Positions 1 to 12,785 of a stretch of 64,000 nucleotides of DNA are shown here, one piece after another (position 1 is the first letter of the stretch; every line of letters starts with the position of its first letter). This DNA comes from Dimorphilus gyrociliatus (lineage: Eukaryota > Animalia > Annelida), in NCBI GenBank assembly GCA_904063045.1, contig CAJFCJ010000002.1:372001-436000 (forward strand), given 5' to 3'. A model generated the notes under the pieces. That model was not told the DNA's origin and ran no database searches. It worked only from the letters and a program-made list of their open reading frames with translations. A program made the translations under genes and the position numbers.

Positions 1-1882
1 ATTATTAAAAAAGGAACAATGATAATCCAAAATGTGATTTCCGCTCAGCTGAATTCCATTCGAAATACTGGGTCTGCCTACTTTCGTCTCCCCTACTTTT
101 AAATAATACAAAAGGCATTCAGACATAAAGGGGTCCTCATTTAAATTAACTAAGTGAGGTGTCTTTTTTGGAGAGAAAACGCCTACAGTTTCTCCACTTT
201 GAACAGATGCTAAACCCATCTCTGATAGTACAGCTTCTCTTTCTTTCTTTATTGTATCAGCTTTTTGTAACTTCTCTTCCCAAGTTTCGTTTAATTCAGC
301 CATTAATTTTTCAGACATTTGCAATCGTTCTATGGCATCTTCACCATTATCAACCGTCACAGACGCTGTACGCCCCTTCGTCGTTGTTGGTAGGCCTGTG
401 ACTGAAAAAGAATGGGAAAATAGATTTACGTGACATGGGGATTTATTTTAAGGAAATTGTAAGCCTACCACGGTCAACTTGTATTCCTTCAGCTTTCAAT
501 AAATCTTTTAGCCTTTGAACCTCCTCTTTCAGTTCGCGAATTAATTTTGCATTAGGATCTTCATTAACTACCGCCTTGCACACAATTTGCTTCGCCCTAT
601 CAGCATAGCGCAGAGTAGAGAGAGTTTCGTCAAAATTTATATCCGCTGGGGATATGGCAGCGATCATTGCTGTTTTCGAATTTCCTCCAAGATTTTCTCG
701 TAGCAGCCAAGTTAGAACAGAATCTCTATATGGAATATAATCACCTTTCCTTTTCTTTTTTTGACCAGAAGATAGCTCAGCAAGTGCTGATATTACTTTG
801 CCCAAAGTTGTCAGACTCTTATTGATATTTGCTCCCTCTTTTAACCTAGTGCCTTGAGCACCCGTGCTCTCGGCTCTCTCAGAACCGGCTAGATCAACTA
901 AACTAATTTTACTAACTTTTTCACCAGTCATACCCGACTGCTGATCGTATCTTGATTGTGTTAGAATGAGGGTGAAAACAGCATGCGAGCGAGAACTAGT
1001 CTCATTCATATTCGTTGCAGCAACAGTTCTTGACTTGTTTCCTTCATCGATTAAATTATTTACATCTCCAAAGGATGTCACGACAATCTTTGACAAATCT
1101 TCAACATATGGACCCAACAATGGATGCTCTCTAACACGTAGATTTTGCTTGTTCTTTGGATTTAATAAGTCTCTCACTCTTTCGCAATATATTTCCATAT
1201 AGCTAACTTCCACATTATATTTGACATCCTTGTCACTTTCAGACGTTAACCTCATAAAAAGATCCTCGCACAGTTGAGGTATTATTCCCTTTTCCCCTTC
1301 CTTATCTTTGCCCATCATTGTATAACTTTTGCCTATAGGGTATTTAAGTATATGTGTATATATAGATATAGATATAGACATATTTGTAATATTTGACAGC
1401 TTTTAAAAAGTCATTATCTCTTACCAGCTCCTGTTTGCCCATAGGCAAATATGCAAACGTTGTAACCCTCAAAAGCGTGTTGCAGCATTTCAACACCAAT
1501 ATCTTCGTAGACACGTTTTTGCGTTGAAAAGTTTGGGTCATTCGCCTAAAAAAAAAACAACGTAAATGTGAGTGGGCGGCTTAAACAATTCGCTCGTTAG
1601 AAAGAAAAAAAAACGCTTACACATCCATGTGACCAATAGGAATAATCAAATGTAAATGTTTTTGTTCCTTCATGTCCAATACGCAAATCTTCTATAGCTA
1701 TTATCAAAAACAGATACAATGAATTAAGAACAACTCTTTAATGATATATTATCTTAATAATAAATCAAAGTCATTAGTTTACCTGTAATCTTATCTTGCA
1801 TTTGTATGATACATCGGCTCTTCTTTAGAAGCTCTCGACTGTTAAAAGGGCGAACCCTCACCGCTACTTTGACAGATGACAT
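1..1882 (-). CDS. KIF1A: Kinesin-3 motor KIF1A/unc-104, 5' part (runs off the window start)
   Basis: Spliced translation begins [14 protein letters not shown] at 1882. It contains the P-loop [24 protein letters not shown], the K-loop [15 protein letters not shown], and downstream [10 protein letters not shown]...FHA start in the exon at about 400-1. Confidence 0.95.
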
Positions 1883-2394
1883 GACACAACGTGCTCTGGA
1901 AATTTTATTGAAGATAAAAAGAAAATAATGATAAATTGTGAATAATAAAGAGTCTTAAAATATTTATCATAATATAATATTAATGTACATTTTAAATAAT
2001 CTTGTCTTAATAGTTTAAAGGCAAGTTTATCATTGTACGTCGTTATACTAGACCGACATATGTTGAGTACGAAAGGACTAATTTATTGATCATCAAAAAG
2101 GTAGTTTGCTTTCCCTGCCTATATAAACAGAACTAAAGCTTTGAAATCTGAAACCAATAGATTATGTCCTAGAAATCTATACAAATTACATATGCCAAAT
2201 GAGTAACGCTAGAGAAAAAACTGAAAAAACATTGACACATACTTTTAACGATTTCTTCAAATAAGGACTAAATCAAAATTGCATAAAATCTTCCTATACG
2301 CCTATTTGAAGAAATAAAGCTAACTTTTATCCAAAAATTGTTCAACGAAGAGCATCATCTGTCACAAAAGCGCGCCATTTTGATTTCAATATTT

Positions 2395-2404
2395 TGCGCA
2401 TGCG
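2395..2404 (+). promoter_or_regulatory. NRF1/EWG-type motif TGCGCATGCG in the divergent KIF1A/MCEE promoter
   Basis: Exact palindromic motif between two head-to-head genes. The same 10-mer recurs at 34829-34838 and 40590-40599. Confidence 0.5.
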
Positions 2405-2721
2405 TGGTAAACGAGAATTTCTATTTTATAGGAAGAGTGTCAACTAGTACTAAAGTCAGAAACGTCTTATGGCGACATCTATAGCTAATTTGCATTTTAA
2501 TCATGAAAAATCAGAAATGGGACAATATATCAACTTCTTTGATTGAACACACAAAGGAGATTTAGTCTAAGTAGGAAACATGAGCGAGGGACGTATTTTA
2601 TCATTTAACGTGGTAGCGTAAACTTATGCAAAAGAGGGCGTTGGAGTCGAGAAATTCGCCCTTACACTTGTTTTTAACCTTGGCGGTCTTGAGTTTGCGT
2701 AACAAATCTACAAAAAAAAAA

Positions 2722-3551
2722 ATGTTTCGATTTGTAAGAAATACATTTAATATAACCCGAACTATGGTACGTTTGTCTTATATATTCTTGATTATTACAT
2801 ATGTAAATATCGTAAATCCAATCAATATAAGGACATTTTCATATTATTGTCTCTTATCCCAGGAAATGTAAATGGTTGACCTCGTATCAACTTTACTGTA
2901 TTCCGAGAAATAATAAATAAAATATTTTTTTAGGCAAGAAGTCTTAGTGCGGAAGTAAAAACTGGTAAGATGAGAGTATGGGAACTGGGAAAATTAAATC
3001 ATGTTGCCATAGCTGTACCAAATTTACAAAAAGCTTCCAATTTTTACAAAGATGTTCTTGGAGCAACAGTCAGCGAACCAGTTGTAAGTAATGACTACTA
3101 AGCTTTATTTTCGTACTCTTCCTTTTGTTTATTTATTCACTATAAATCATTTAATAAGCCTCAAAAAGAACACGGAGTCTACACGGTCTTCATTCAATTG
3201 GGAGATTCTAAAATTGAGGTAGACACCCTCTTTATTCACTAACCCTGAATTGTCATAATGATTAGAAATTGAATACAACTATAAATATTAGTATAAACAT
3301 CTCTTTCACAGCTACTACATCCTTTGGGAGAGAATAGCCCTATAGCTAATTTCTTAGAAAAGAACAAATCTGGAGGTATGCATCATATTTGTCTCGAAGT
3401 AACTGATATTAAAGAAGCCATCGAAACTGTCAGAGAAAATAATGTAAGGACGCTAGGCAAAGAACCTAGAATTGGCGCTCACGGAAAGCCAGTAATTTTT
3501 CTCCATCCCAAAGATTGTGATGGAGTATTAGTCGAATTGGAGGAGTCTTAA
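2722..3551 (+). CDS. MCEE: Methylmalonyl-CoA epimerase, mitochondrial (4 exons)
   Basis: Exons give MFRFVRNTFNITRTM / ...LGKLNHVAIAVP...SEPV / PQKEHGVYTVF...KIE / LLHPLGENSPIANFL...GGMHHICLEV...GVLVELEES*, with the VOC-fold metal ligands. Confidence 0.95.
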
Positions 3552-3909
3552 TTATCATTTCAATCTAATTGTGTCTTGTCCAACTTTGTTTATACTCAAG
3601 TTGTTTTCTTAAACCTGTTATAAGAAAGCTATATAATTTTCGAATATTTAGATTTAATTGAACCTTACAAAAAAATTAATTCATTTCTTATAAATCAGCT
3701 AATAATAGTGTTTTCTCATTGAAATAAAAATGAATTTTCATTTGTCTTGAATATAAGTTATAGAGTTTATTATCTTGTTTTTCTAATTTTGCTTTTGAGT
3801 ACTTTCGTTTGCGAAATTTAAAATTCTAGATGGCGTTAGTCGTCTTCGCCGACCTTGGCATTTGTTCGGGTAATCTTTGGTAGTAAATTCCCTTTTTTCA
3901 CTTGTTCAA

Positions 3910-5322
3910 ATGGATATTAAGGAGATACTGTTAGATATATGCGGTTTAACGGATCAACTCGATAGCGCTGGTGGAGCTGTCCTTGCTTATACAAAAATCA
4001 CGAAGCTATTGAAAGAGCCCAGTAACCAATTTCTGCTGCACGTTGCTTCCAACTCCTTAACCAAATTATTACTTCAGCCGAATACTGCTTTACTCAATTT
4101 TGATGAACGAGTTCAGGAAATAATAGATATTGTACTGAATACGAATTCGGAAGATAACGAAATCGCTGTATTAAAAGCTTTAGACGGGTCACTAAAAAAA
4201 CAGATGGTTTCGTCCGAAATTCTTCTTAAACAGAAAAAAATAAATTCTATTATTATCTCAAATTCTTCAGCCTTAACAAGAAAGTACGAATCTAATAAAT
4301 TAAGTAGTTACTTCTTTCTAATTTTGTTGAAAACTACTCTATCCTTCTCTAAAAAGAATGATATGAATTGCACAGAATTAGTAGCTAATTTATATATACT
4401 ACTTAATCGTATTAATTCCCCGAATTTACAGTTGAAATGTTTAAGTATCCTTGAAAAGTATATGATCAGTTCAGCAGGAAATTCAGGATTTGAACAGGCA
4501 TTTAAAACTTTAAAAGGGATTTTACCATTATTAAAAAATTCAGCAAGAGAAGAAGATGTTTGCGGAAATTGTCTAACTCATGCAGACTGTAAAAATAATT
4601 GCAATTTACTAAGTAAGAGATCTGTTAGAAAAGCAATAATTCTGCTCATCTTTTACATTGTGTCGTCAAGACATCGTGGCATTTTTCTAGATCTTACTAC
4701 GTCATTAATTGACCAACTATGCAGAGTTATCGAACAAAATGATAAAATATTAACCTATTTCTTAGAGGATGATTCTCATCTTGTACAATTACTTTTATAT
4801 TCTCTTGATTGTTTTGAATTTCAGAAGAAAATTATTGAATCCAGTCAACTCAATCCTTTCAATTTGTTTGCATTTTTTTTAAATAGTACAGAATATGATC
4901 ATACAGTCATTTTGGATTTATTAATGTCGCCAGAAACTGAATTCTTAACCTACTTTGTCCGCATTTTGAAACTAATAATAAAAGAAAGAAGAAATTTCCT
5001 CGTCTACTTTGGGTATACGGCGAATACAAGTTTTAAAACGGCTCTGCAAGGTTTACAAACTTACGACTCGAGTGAAGAAGAAGATGACTCGCTTTTGCTC
5101 TCATCTCCAGGCCTAAGCGATACTTGTAAGCCTTGTTTGGAAGAATCTGAAACTTTCAAGGTTGAATTTAATACAAAGAATACTGGATTAAATGAACATT
5201 TGGATCAAATATTCTCATGTCTAATAAGATTACGGCTATCAATTGAGAGGTTGTGCGATAAGCAGCTATTCCCCTACGATGCCAAACCCCTAATCAATTT
5301 ATTATATAAGTGCGATGTGTGA
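3910..5322 (+). CDS. LINS1: Protein Lines homolog (intronless)
   Basis: The C-terminal Lines_C-like motifs DHTVILDLLMSPETEFLTYFVRILK and CLIRLRLSIERLCDKQLFPYDAKPLINLL match the Lines family. First ATG at 3910 within ORF 3877-5322. Confidence 0.85.
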   Translation: MDIKEILLDICGLTDQLDSAGGAVLAYTKITKLLKEPSNQFLLHVASNSLTKLLLQPNTALLNFDERVQEIIDIVLNTNSEDNEIAVLKALDGSLKKQMVSSEILLKQKKINSIIISNSSALTRKYESNKLSSYFFLILLKTTLSFSKKNDMNCTELVANLYILLNRINSPNLQLKCLSILEKYMISSAGNSGFEQAFKTLKGILPLLKNSAREEDVCGNCLTHADCKNNCNLLSKRSVRKAIILLIFYIVSSRHRGIFLDLTTSLIDQLCRVIEQNDKILTYFLEDDSHLVQLLLYSLDCFEFQKKIIESSQLNPFNLFAFFLNSTEYDHTVILDLLMSPETEFLTYFVRILKLIIKERRNFLVYFGYTANTSFKTALQGLQTYDSSEEEDDSLLLSSPGLSDTCKPCLEESETFKVEFNTKNTGLNEHLDQIFSCLIRLRLSIERLCDKQLFPYDAKPLINLLYKCDV

Positions 5323-8300
5323 ATAATAAAATCGTACAAAGTAAATTTATTTTAAAGAAAATTTATAATCTTTTTATAGTCCTTTCAAGTTATTTAGTCT
5401 ACAAAGTAATTTATCAATAATCTATGTATTATAGATTCTTGTCATGCCTAGTACTCGTACGGCGACAGGCAATATGATACAAAACTTGAATTAGTGGCGA
5501 AATAATTCAATTATTCAACATAAAAATTTTCGGTAAATGATAATTTAAATAGCAAAACTAAATATTTGACAACAACAACAACAACAACATCCAGACACGT
5601 TTTCAAGTAAAAAAAGACACTTTCTTGAACGCTTTTAAACATTTTTTAAAACCAGTTTTTTATTTATTCACTTCTTTTCGGCTTAAATATGTAATTTAAG
5701 AAGTTTAATATTCAGTTCATTTTGTTGTATGATATTTATTGTTTATTTTAATTACAAGCTTTGAAACATCATCTTTCTAATTACACTTATGATAATTTGT
5801 TGCATCATCATCTATAGATGTGATGACCTATTTATAGGAAGGTACTAAGTCCAGCTTGTAAAAAAAGAGATCCCTCTATCGCTATTGTCTCTTTTTTCAT
5901 TCACTTCATTAAGAGTTGAGAACTAGAGGAGGCAAAAGGGATTTACGACTAAATCATGAATATTTATGATAACAATTATAGAGAAATTGATAGTAATTTG
6001 ATCATTGCATAGTTTTTTTAACTTTCCAAGGACTAATTTTAGATTGATATTCATTGCATTTCTATTAGTCTGAATTAGAATGCTGAACGAAAAAGATAAC
6101 TAACAAATATTAGGCAGAAAGGAAAAGAAATGAATACTTTTTCTTTTGGAATACGTATATATTTAGTTGCCATCCCCAGGTGCAATGTTCAAGAACAATG
6201 AATAAAATATACAGAATCATCAGTATTTTTAAAGTTTTTACGGAAAGCAATTAAGCATCAGCGACTTTTTGTCACCTGAGATAATAATACACATTTTTTT
6301 AAAAATAGAATACTGCATAAGCAATAAAATTGCAGTAGAAATAACAGTATTCAGTTCAATAAAGCAGTGTAAAAGTATTAAGGAAATAGAAAGAAATTAC
6401 TTGCACAAGTATTTACATATTTTAGTCGTTATTATGCAAAAAAAGGAAAGGCATTATATGTAAAACAAATACTAATATTATCCACAGAAAGGATTTGTTT
6501 AGCAAACAATACAAAGAAGAGATAACGAAATATATATAATATAAATATTATAAATAGGGTAAACAGGTTTATATGCGAAGAATTATTTGTCAAAAAGAGA
6601 AAGATAGAAAGAAAGAGGGAAAGAAGAAAATAAATATTTTATTTTCTTTCTCCATCCTTTCGTTTTTCCCTATTTTACTTTTTTCGAATAAGAAAAACCT
6701 TTTTAAGGTTTCCAAAAAGAGAGTAGTAAAGAAATTAATGAAGCACGTATCCACAGCAATATAACTGGAATGTTCTTGTGGAATAAAATAGTAATTCAAC
6801 TTGGAAATGGAATATTAAGGTTTTAATCAGGCTATTTCCACATCTGTACTTTATATTAGTATACACTGTATCCATAGTGTAGTAATTTAAGTAATATATT
6901 AACTGAATAGATAGATGTTGATATTGAAATCTTTTTCACAAATCTATTAGGAGAAATGGTGTTTATTTAGATTCCAACTGCAAAAAAAAAGCTACATTTG
7001 CAAAGTAAAAGGATATAAAGCCAAAACAAAAAATTATAAATGATAGTAGGGGGTAAAATTTTCGTTTTTGTATTCTGGTTTAGTATTCATTACTAAGAAG
7101 ATCGAAGGGAGCTTTTAAGTCAATTTGAAGTTTTTTCCTGCCTAAAAAGAACAAAAAAAGAAACTGTATAAATTCGGAACTTTTATTTCCCCTATAGATT
7201 ATCTACATTTCCTATATTCATTATTTTCTAAAAAAAAAACTCATAAGGATAAACAAAAACTGAGTGGAATGAGATACTAAATTGGTATTTTAAGGACAAA
7301 ATGACATTTTCTAAAGAGATTTTATAATAATCTAGCTGTCAGAGGTTATGTTTAACATTTTTTGTATAAGAATAAATAATATTAAATACGAAACTAGTAT
7401 TGTTACATTTGGTTCTTGGATGGATGAAATTCATATTTCTGATATTGAATAAAATATCTAATGTTGGTCTTAAGTTAAATTGGCCAGGAAAAGGTCTTTT
7501 TATGCGATATTCTTCAGTTTCTCCCAAATGACACTAGTCTGACATCTCCAATATAGGTTAAGTATAATTTGATATTTTTGTTGATGATTACTGTCTTTAA
7601 GTAATTATTCATTTAGTCTAAAAAATTATTTTTAAATAGATAGTTAATATCCGACATTTAAGCTTGAACTAAACAAAATAAGTTGAATATTTTCAAATTC
7701 ATTTTAATTTTACAAAGGAAATTATTGTTATAAATGAAATTTCGTTGAATGATTAAAAAACATACAGATAGGGATGGAAAGACACTAAAATATGTTACAT
7801 CCTTTATTTATAGTTGATCACATTCCATAAAATCATTAGGGAAATGTTCTATAATTTTTCCTAAAGGTTTTATATTACTGTTTTGCCTATTTCTTGTACT
7901 TTCTTCAAATAAGTATTACAGTAGAATTATTAAATACAATTGCTAAGAAACTATCGAAGACTATATAGGTATTATAAATAAATTAGGTAAATATCAAAGT
8001 ATATATAGATAGATAATATAAATGTATCTAATTTTAATATGAATCGTTTTAAATAAACAAGAAAGACTATTATTGTCTGATGAAATGATATTGTTAATTA
8101 AACTTGTTAATTAAAGTATTTAAAGGGCATTTAATCGTATTATCGTCATTACCATATATTGTATGCTTTATGCAAAGAATTATCTACAGTCGTTTGTTGG
8201 ATAAACACTTGATAATTGACGTGAATGACGGATTTCGTATATTCTTTATCAATACAAATTGATATTAATTCTGATTTATGGCAGTCAAATACTTATTCTT

Positions 8301-8480
8301 ATTATTTTACGTATGTGTGTGTATGTCACCATATTTAGTTTTTAATCTTAATCAAACACGATTTCGTGTAAGCATCTAATATTTCAATTGAATTAACTAT
8401 AAATGCCACTTCGAACCGTTAGGGGGCGGCAGCACTTAAACTATGTAAAGTTTGCAATAGACATGCATTAGCCAACCGAA

Positions 8481-11400
8481 ATGTGGAAGGGAAACAACAC
8501 CCCAGTTAGGAATAAGAGTAAGTATTTCTCTCTAAAATAATTTTAAAATTGGACAACTTTTTGGTATTAAAGAAAATTTAACACATTAATTTTTGTTTAG
8601 GAGAACAAACAAATGTCAAAGGTAAACAGCCGTCGCCTACAAGAACACCGAGGAATTCTATATTTGCTAACTTTGAAACGGTACAACTTAATCCTGAAGA
8701 AAGACTTTTACTGCATGGATCCAGAACTGGTGACACTGCACTATTAAACCATATAATAGGAACTTCGCACAAGCAATGTATCAATTTTAATTGCGTTGAC
8801 TTTATGGGAAGGAATGCCCTCCATTTGGCCGTTGACTCTGAAAATTTTGAAGCTGTTGACTTACTGTTGGATAAAGTCAATTCGGAATGTATACAGGAAG
8901 GCCTTTTACACGCAATTAATAAATCTGATTTACATATGGTTAGAGCGATAGTTGATCATTCAGCTTATCAAGCATCGGAAGGAGCCAAATACGCTAAAAA
9001 GAGAGATGCATTCTTTCGTACAGAGGAAACCTACCAATTTCCCCCAGATATTTCTCCTTTGATATTGGCAGCTCATAAAAATGATCCTGAAATTATTCAA
9101 ATCTTTTTGTCCCGTGGTCATACTATTGACAGACCTCATGCTATCCAGTGCAAATGCGATGATTGTATTGTTAAACAGAATACAGACAGCCTAAAGAGAT
9201 CTAGATCTCGGTTGAATGCATATAAAGCCTTAGCCAGTCCAGCTTATCTGGCTCTATCTACCATAGATCCTTTTACAGGCACTTTTGAATTAAGGCAAGA
9301 AATGATGAAAGTCGCTCAAGTGGAGAAAGAATTTCGGGTGAGAATCTAAAACATGGTTTGCTATAATATGCTTACCTTTCTTTAAGTTATACAGAAAGAA
9401 TATCTAAGTTTGGTAGATCAATGTATGATTTTTGCGTGTGAATTAATGGATCTCTGCCGTGGTACTCAGGAAGTTCAAACTGTTCTAGCGGAGGATAGTA
9501 GAGGAACGGGAGATCCTCTAACTCGTTTGAGATTGGCAATACATTATGGCGAAAAGAGGTTTGTGGCTCACCCAAATTGCCAGCAGCATCTTACCGGCAT
9601 TTGGTATGGAAAGGAAATGGGTTTCTTGCAAACTTTATCTAGAACTAAGAAATTTTTCCTCTGCTTATTAGCTTTGCCTTTGCTTCCTTTCCTATGCCTG
9701 ATATATGTGATAAATCCTTTCATCTACGTGAGTCTGTCCATGAAGTGTCCCGTTGCTAAATTTATAACACATACGACTTCACATTTTATTTTCCTCTTCC
9801 TCCTAACGGTAGCAACATTCGGTTGGGAGGAAAATATGTACATTCATCCGCCAGCTGAAGATTGGCGGATGATTAAAAATCGTTTGAGGCCCTTTAAAGC
9901 CGTTGCAACGACGGTTCAACTATTAATAATAGCTTATGTTTTAGGTTGGTTTTTTAATACCTTTAAGATACAACTAGTTATTTACAGTATTTTTCGTACG
10001 TCAACCTTTTTACTTTTTTATTCACTAAAAGGAATGCTGTGGAAGGGATGCAAACAAATTTATCGAGCTGGTTTCGTTGAACATTTTCGCCAGTTTTATA
10101 ATTTCATGGATTTTTCTCTAATCACACTATACTTGGCTTCATATACTCTTAAATATGTTGCCTGGAGAAGAGTGGAGCAATCAGACAAAGCTCTAAATGC
10201 AACCTTTAGAGTTGAAAAGGCTTTGGGAGAAGGTAATAGAACTGAAGTAGAAAAATTGCTTAGAGAAATAGATAACTCTCCTAGAACTGAATCTTACTTT
10301 CTTAAAGCTTGTAAGTTTCTTAAATAGAAAACAAAGTCATTTCAGTTAATCAAGTAAACTTACAGCTCGTTTTGATTGGTCTCCAAGTGATCCAGAAATT
10401 ATATCGGACATCCTCTTTGCCGTTGCCAACGTTCTCTCATTTGCAAGAACAACTTATATTATGCCGTCTCACGAACTACTTGGCCCATTACAGATCTCGT
10501 TGGGAAGAATGTGCGGAGACATTGCCCGCTTTGTCGTGCTATTTCTACTGGTCCTTTTCGCCTTTATGGTTGGACTTACAAACATGTATAAATATTATGG
10601 TACACAAATTAACGCTGAGAGTAGAACAGCAGCATCGGAATCCTTTAAAGGACTGCCGGAAACTGTTCATACGTTGATATTTGCTATCTTTGGACTCATA
10701 CCCCTAGAGCAGTTGAGGATAAATCAGCCAAGTTCAAAGAATGTTCCCAGTTAGTTTACTATTTGACAGGGAAAAAGTATATATTAAGTGTATATAGTAT
10801 ATTAATAAAGTGTCTCTGCCTTTCAGAAACATTGTTGCCAAATTGGAATGTCAGTACTTTCCTAGTTGACAGAGTAGGCTTTATTATGTTTGCTATTTAT
10901 ATGGTAGTTGTCTCCATAGTACTGGTTAACATTTTAATAGCAATGATGAGTCACTCTTTCGAAGCAATCCAGGGTGACAATGATGTGGAATGGAAATTTG
11001 CCCGTACGAAATTATGGCTCAGCTATATCGACGAAAGCTCTACATTACCAGTTCCATTCAACGTTCTACCTACATTAAAAACCATAAAAATGTTTGTAAA
11101 ATTTGTCAAAAGTATATTTAAAAAGGATGACGAAGATATGGACGTAAAAAGTTATGATTTTACGAGAAGGAGGGAGCATATAAGCTTACCCGATATGGCT
11201 TTAACTCAATTAGTATTACCGTTTAAGAAAACAACTTATTCGGAAATTATACAAAGATTAATTAGACGCTATCTTTTCAAATTAGAAAGAGAAAGACTTG
11301 AGAAGTTGGAACTAGGTAGGTTTTTATTCTAGTAAAAATAGCAATTTAAATTAAAGTGTAGTTTCTTTTTTTATTGATATTTAAAAAAAAAACAAAACAT

Positions 11401-11777
11401 TTCATATTAATTTTCCTCCTAACTAAGGAGCCGATCGTATAAACGTTCGAACAGAAGTTGAAGAGTATCCGGTAGAGGTTGACAACGACACAGACTACGC
11501 TACCTACCACGACCCTACTACCTTACGTCCACCGATGATAAGCGTGCCAGAGAGGTCTGATTTGTACAACAGTCAAGAACAAAAGCTTCACAGAAAAGTC
11601 ACCATCAAGAGGAGTAAGAGCAGTTCAACGGGTGAAAATAGTCAGAAAATCTTGGATTCTCATCTTCAAGAGTTCCGTCTGAGAGGTGAAGAGTTATCAA
11701 GGATTGAATCAGTAATAGTTAAGCATAACGAAAAACTTGATAACATTGTGACGAAATTAGGTAAATTAGATTGCTAA
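8481..11777 (+). CDS. Canonical TRP (TRPC/TRP-TRPL-like) cation channel, multi-exon
   Basis: N-terminal ankyrin repeats (DFMGRNALHLAV), the HAIQCKCDDC Zn motif, FVAHPNCQQ, LGPLQISLGRM, the TRP box EWKFARTKLW and LPVPFNVLP. The start exon 8481-8517 splices in frame to 8601. Confidence 0.95.
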
Positions 11778-12563
11778 GAGCCGAAATCTCTGAATAGAAG
11801 ATTATTCTAGTATATTATAAAGAAAGAGATATGACAGATAAAATCTCACAAATCAATTCGAAGTTGATTTATGCCCAGTCACACTGCTTAATATCATCAT
11901 TTTTAGAAAATAAAAAGATTACTAACGAAATAAATGACAAAGTTTCAATTTATAAATTCTAATATATCTATGTTCTACTTCTTATAGGCTAAAATAAAGA
12001 AGGTTTATGCTTAAACTTTATATGAAAATTGTTTGCTTTTACCAAGCACAGAAGGACCAATCCAGATTTTGTAGGACACGGAAAAGACATAAATATATAT
12101 AGTATATATTACTCTTTTTCTTTTTGTTTAAGTAGATACATCAATCCATTATGAAATTAGCGTCCGATTATCATCTGAAGTTTAAATATTCGTATTCTTA
12201 GAAATACGAAATATATTAATCACTATAAATGTTTTTTTTTCCCCATTCTTTGTTCGTCAATACTGTATTTATATGATAACTCAATTAAATATTTACAAAA
12301 CTTTGATAGAATGGAATTGAGTGACTGCATCCACGCTAAATCTCCACTCCCTTTGATTAATCAATTTTTTTAATTTAATTGTTATGCTGGTGTTACTATA
12401 ATTTACGAACCATATTATTGGATAATCAAAGCTTGATTAGCATGGATACTAAATCTAATTAAATTTCGGATGTTCTCTTTAGAATTGAAATTATTCATAA
12501 GAAGATATAAGCAATTTCTTTTTTCACTCCTATCTTTTGTTTTTCGAACTAATTGGCTTGGTA

Positions 12564-12577
12564 TCGCCATCTACAGG
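12564..12577 (-). promoter_or_regulatory. CTCF-like motif CCTGTAGATGGCGA between the convergent TRPC and Cys-loop receptor genes
   Basis: Close match to the CTCF consensus CCNSYAGRKGGCRS; one of 11 exact YAGRTGGCR copies in the window. Confidence 0.6.
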
Positions 12578-12785
12578 AAAGGGACCAATCTATGTTTTAG
12601 TTAACATGAAACAAATGAAAGAAACTAATAAAACACAATATAATATAAAGAATTTTTTCATTTTAAATTTTAATAAACCATTGGTGTTTTTTTTGCAGTT
12701 AAGAATTGAGTTATTAATAATACAAAAATTTCATATAATTTTGATATAAATGACAAGTTCAAGTTTAAATAAATCTTTTCTTCAG

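Noticed and set aside
3003-3016. X-box-like GTTGCCATAGCTGT
   Set aside because: It lies in MCEE coding sequence (VAIA codons) and the right half-site is poor.
5400-8400. Short ORFs (6269, 6573, 6590, 7339) in the LINS1-TRPC gap
   Set aside because: Low-complexity AT-rich translations with no domain or supporting splice pattern.
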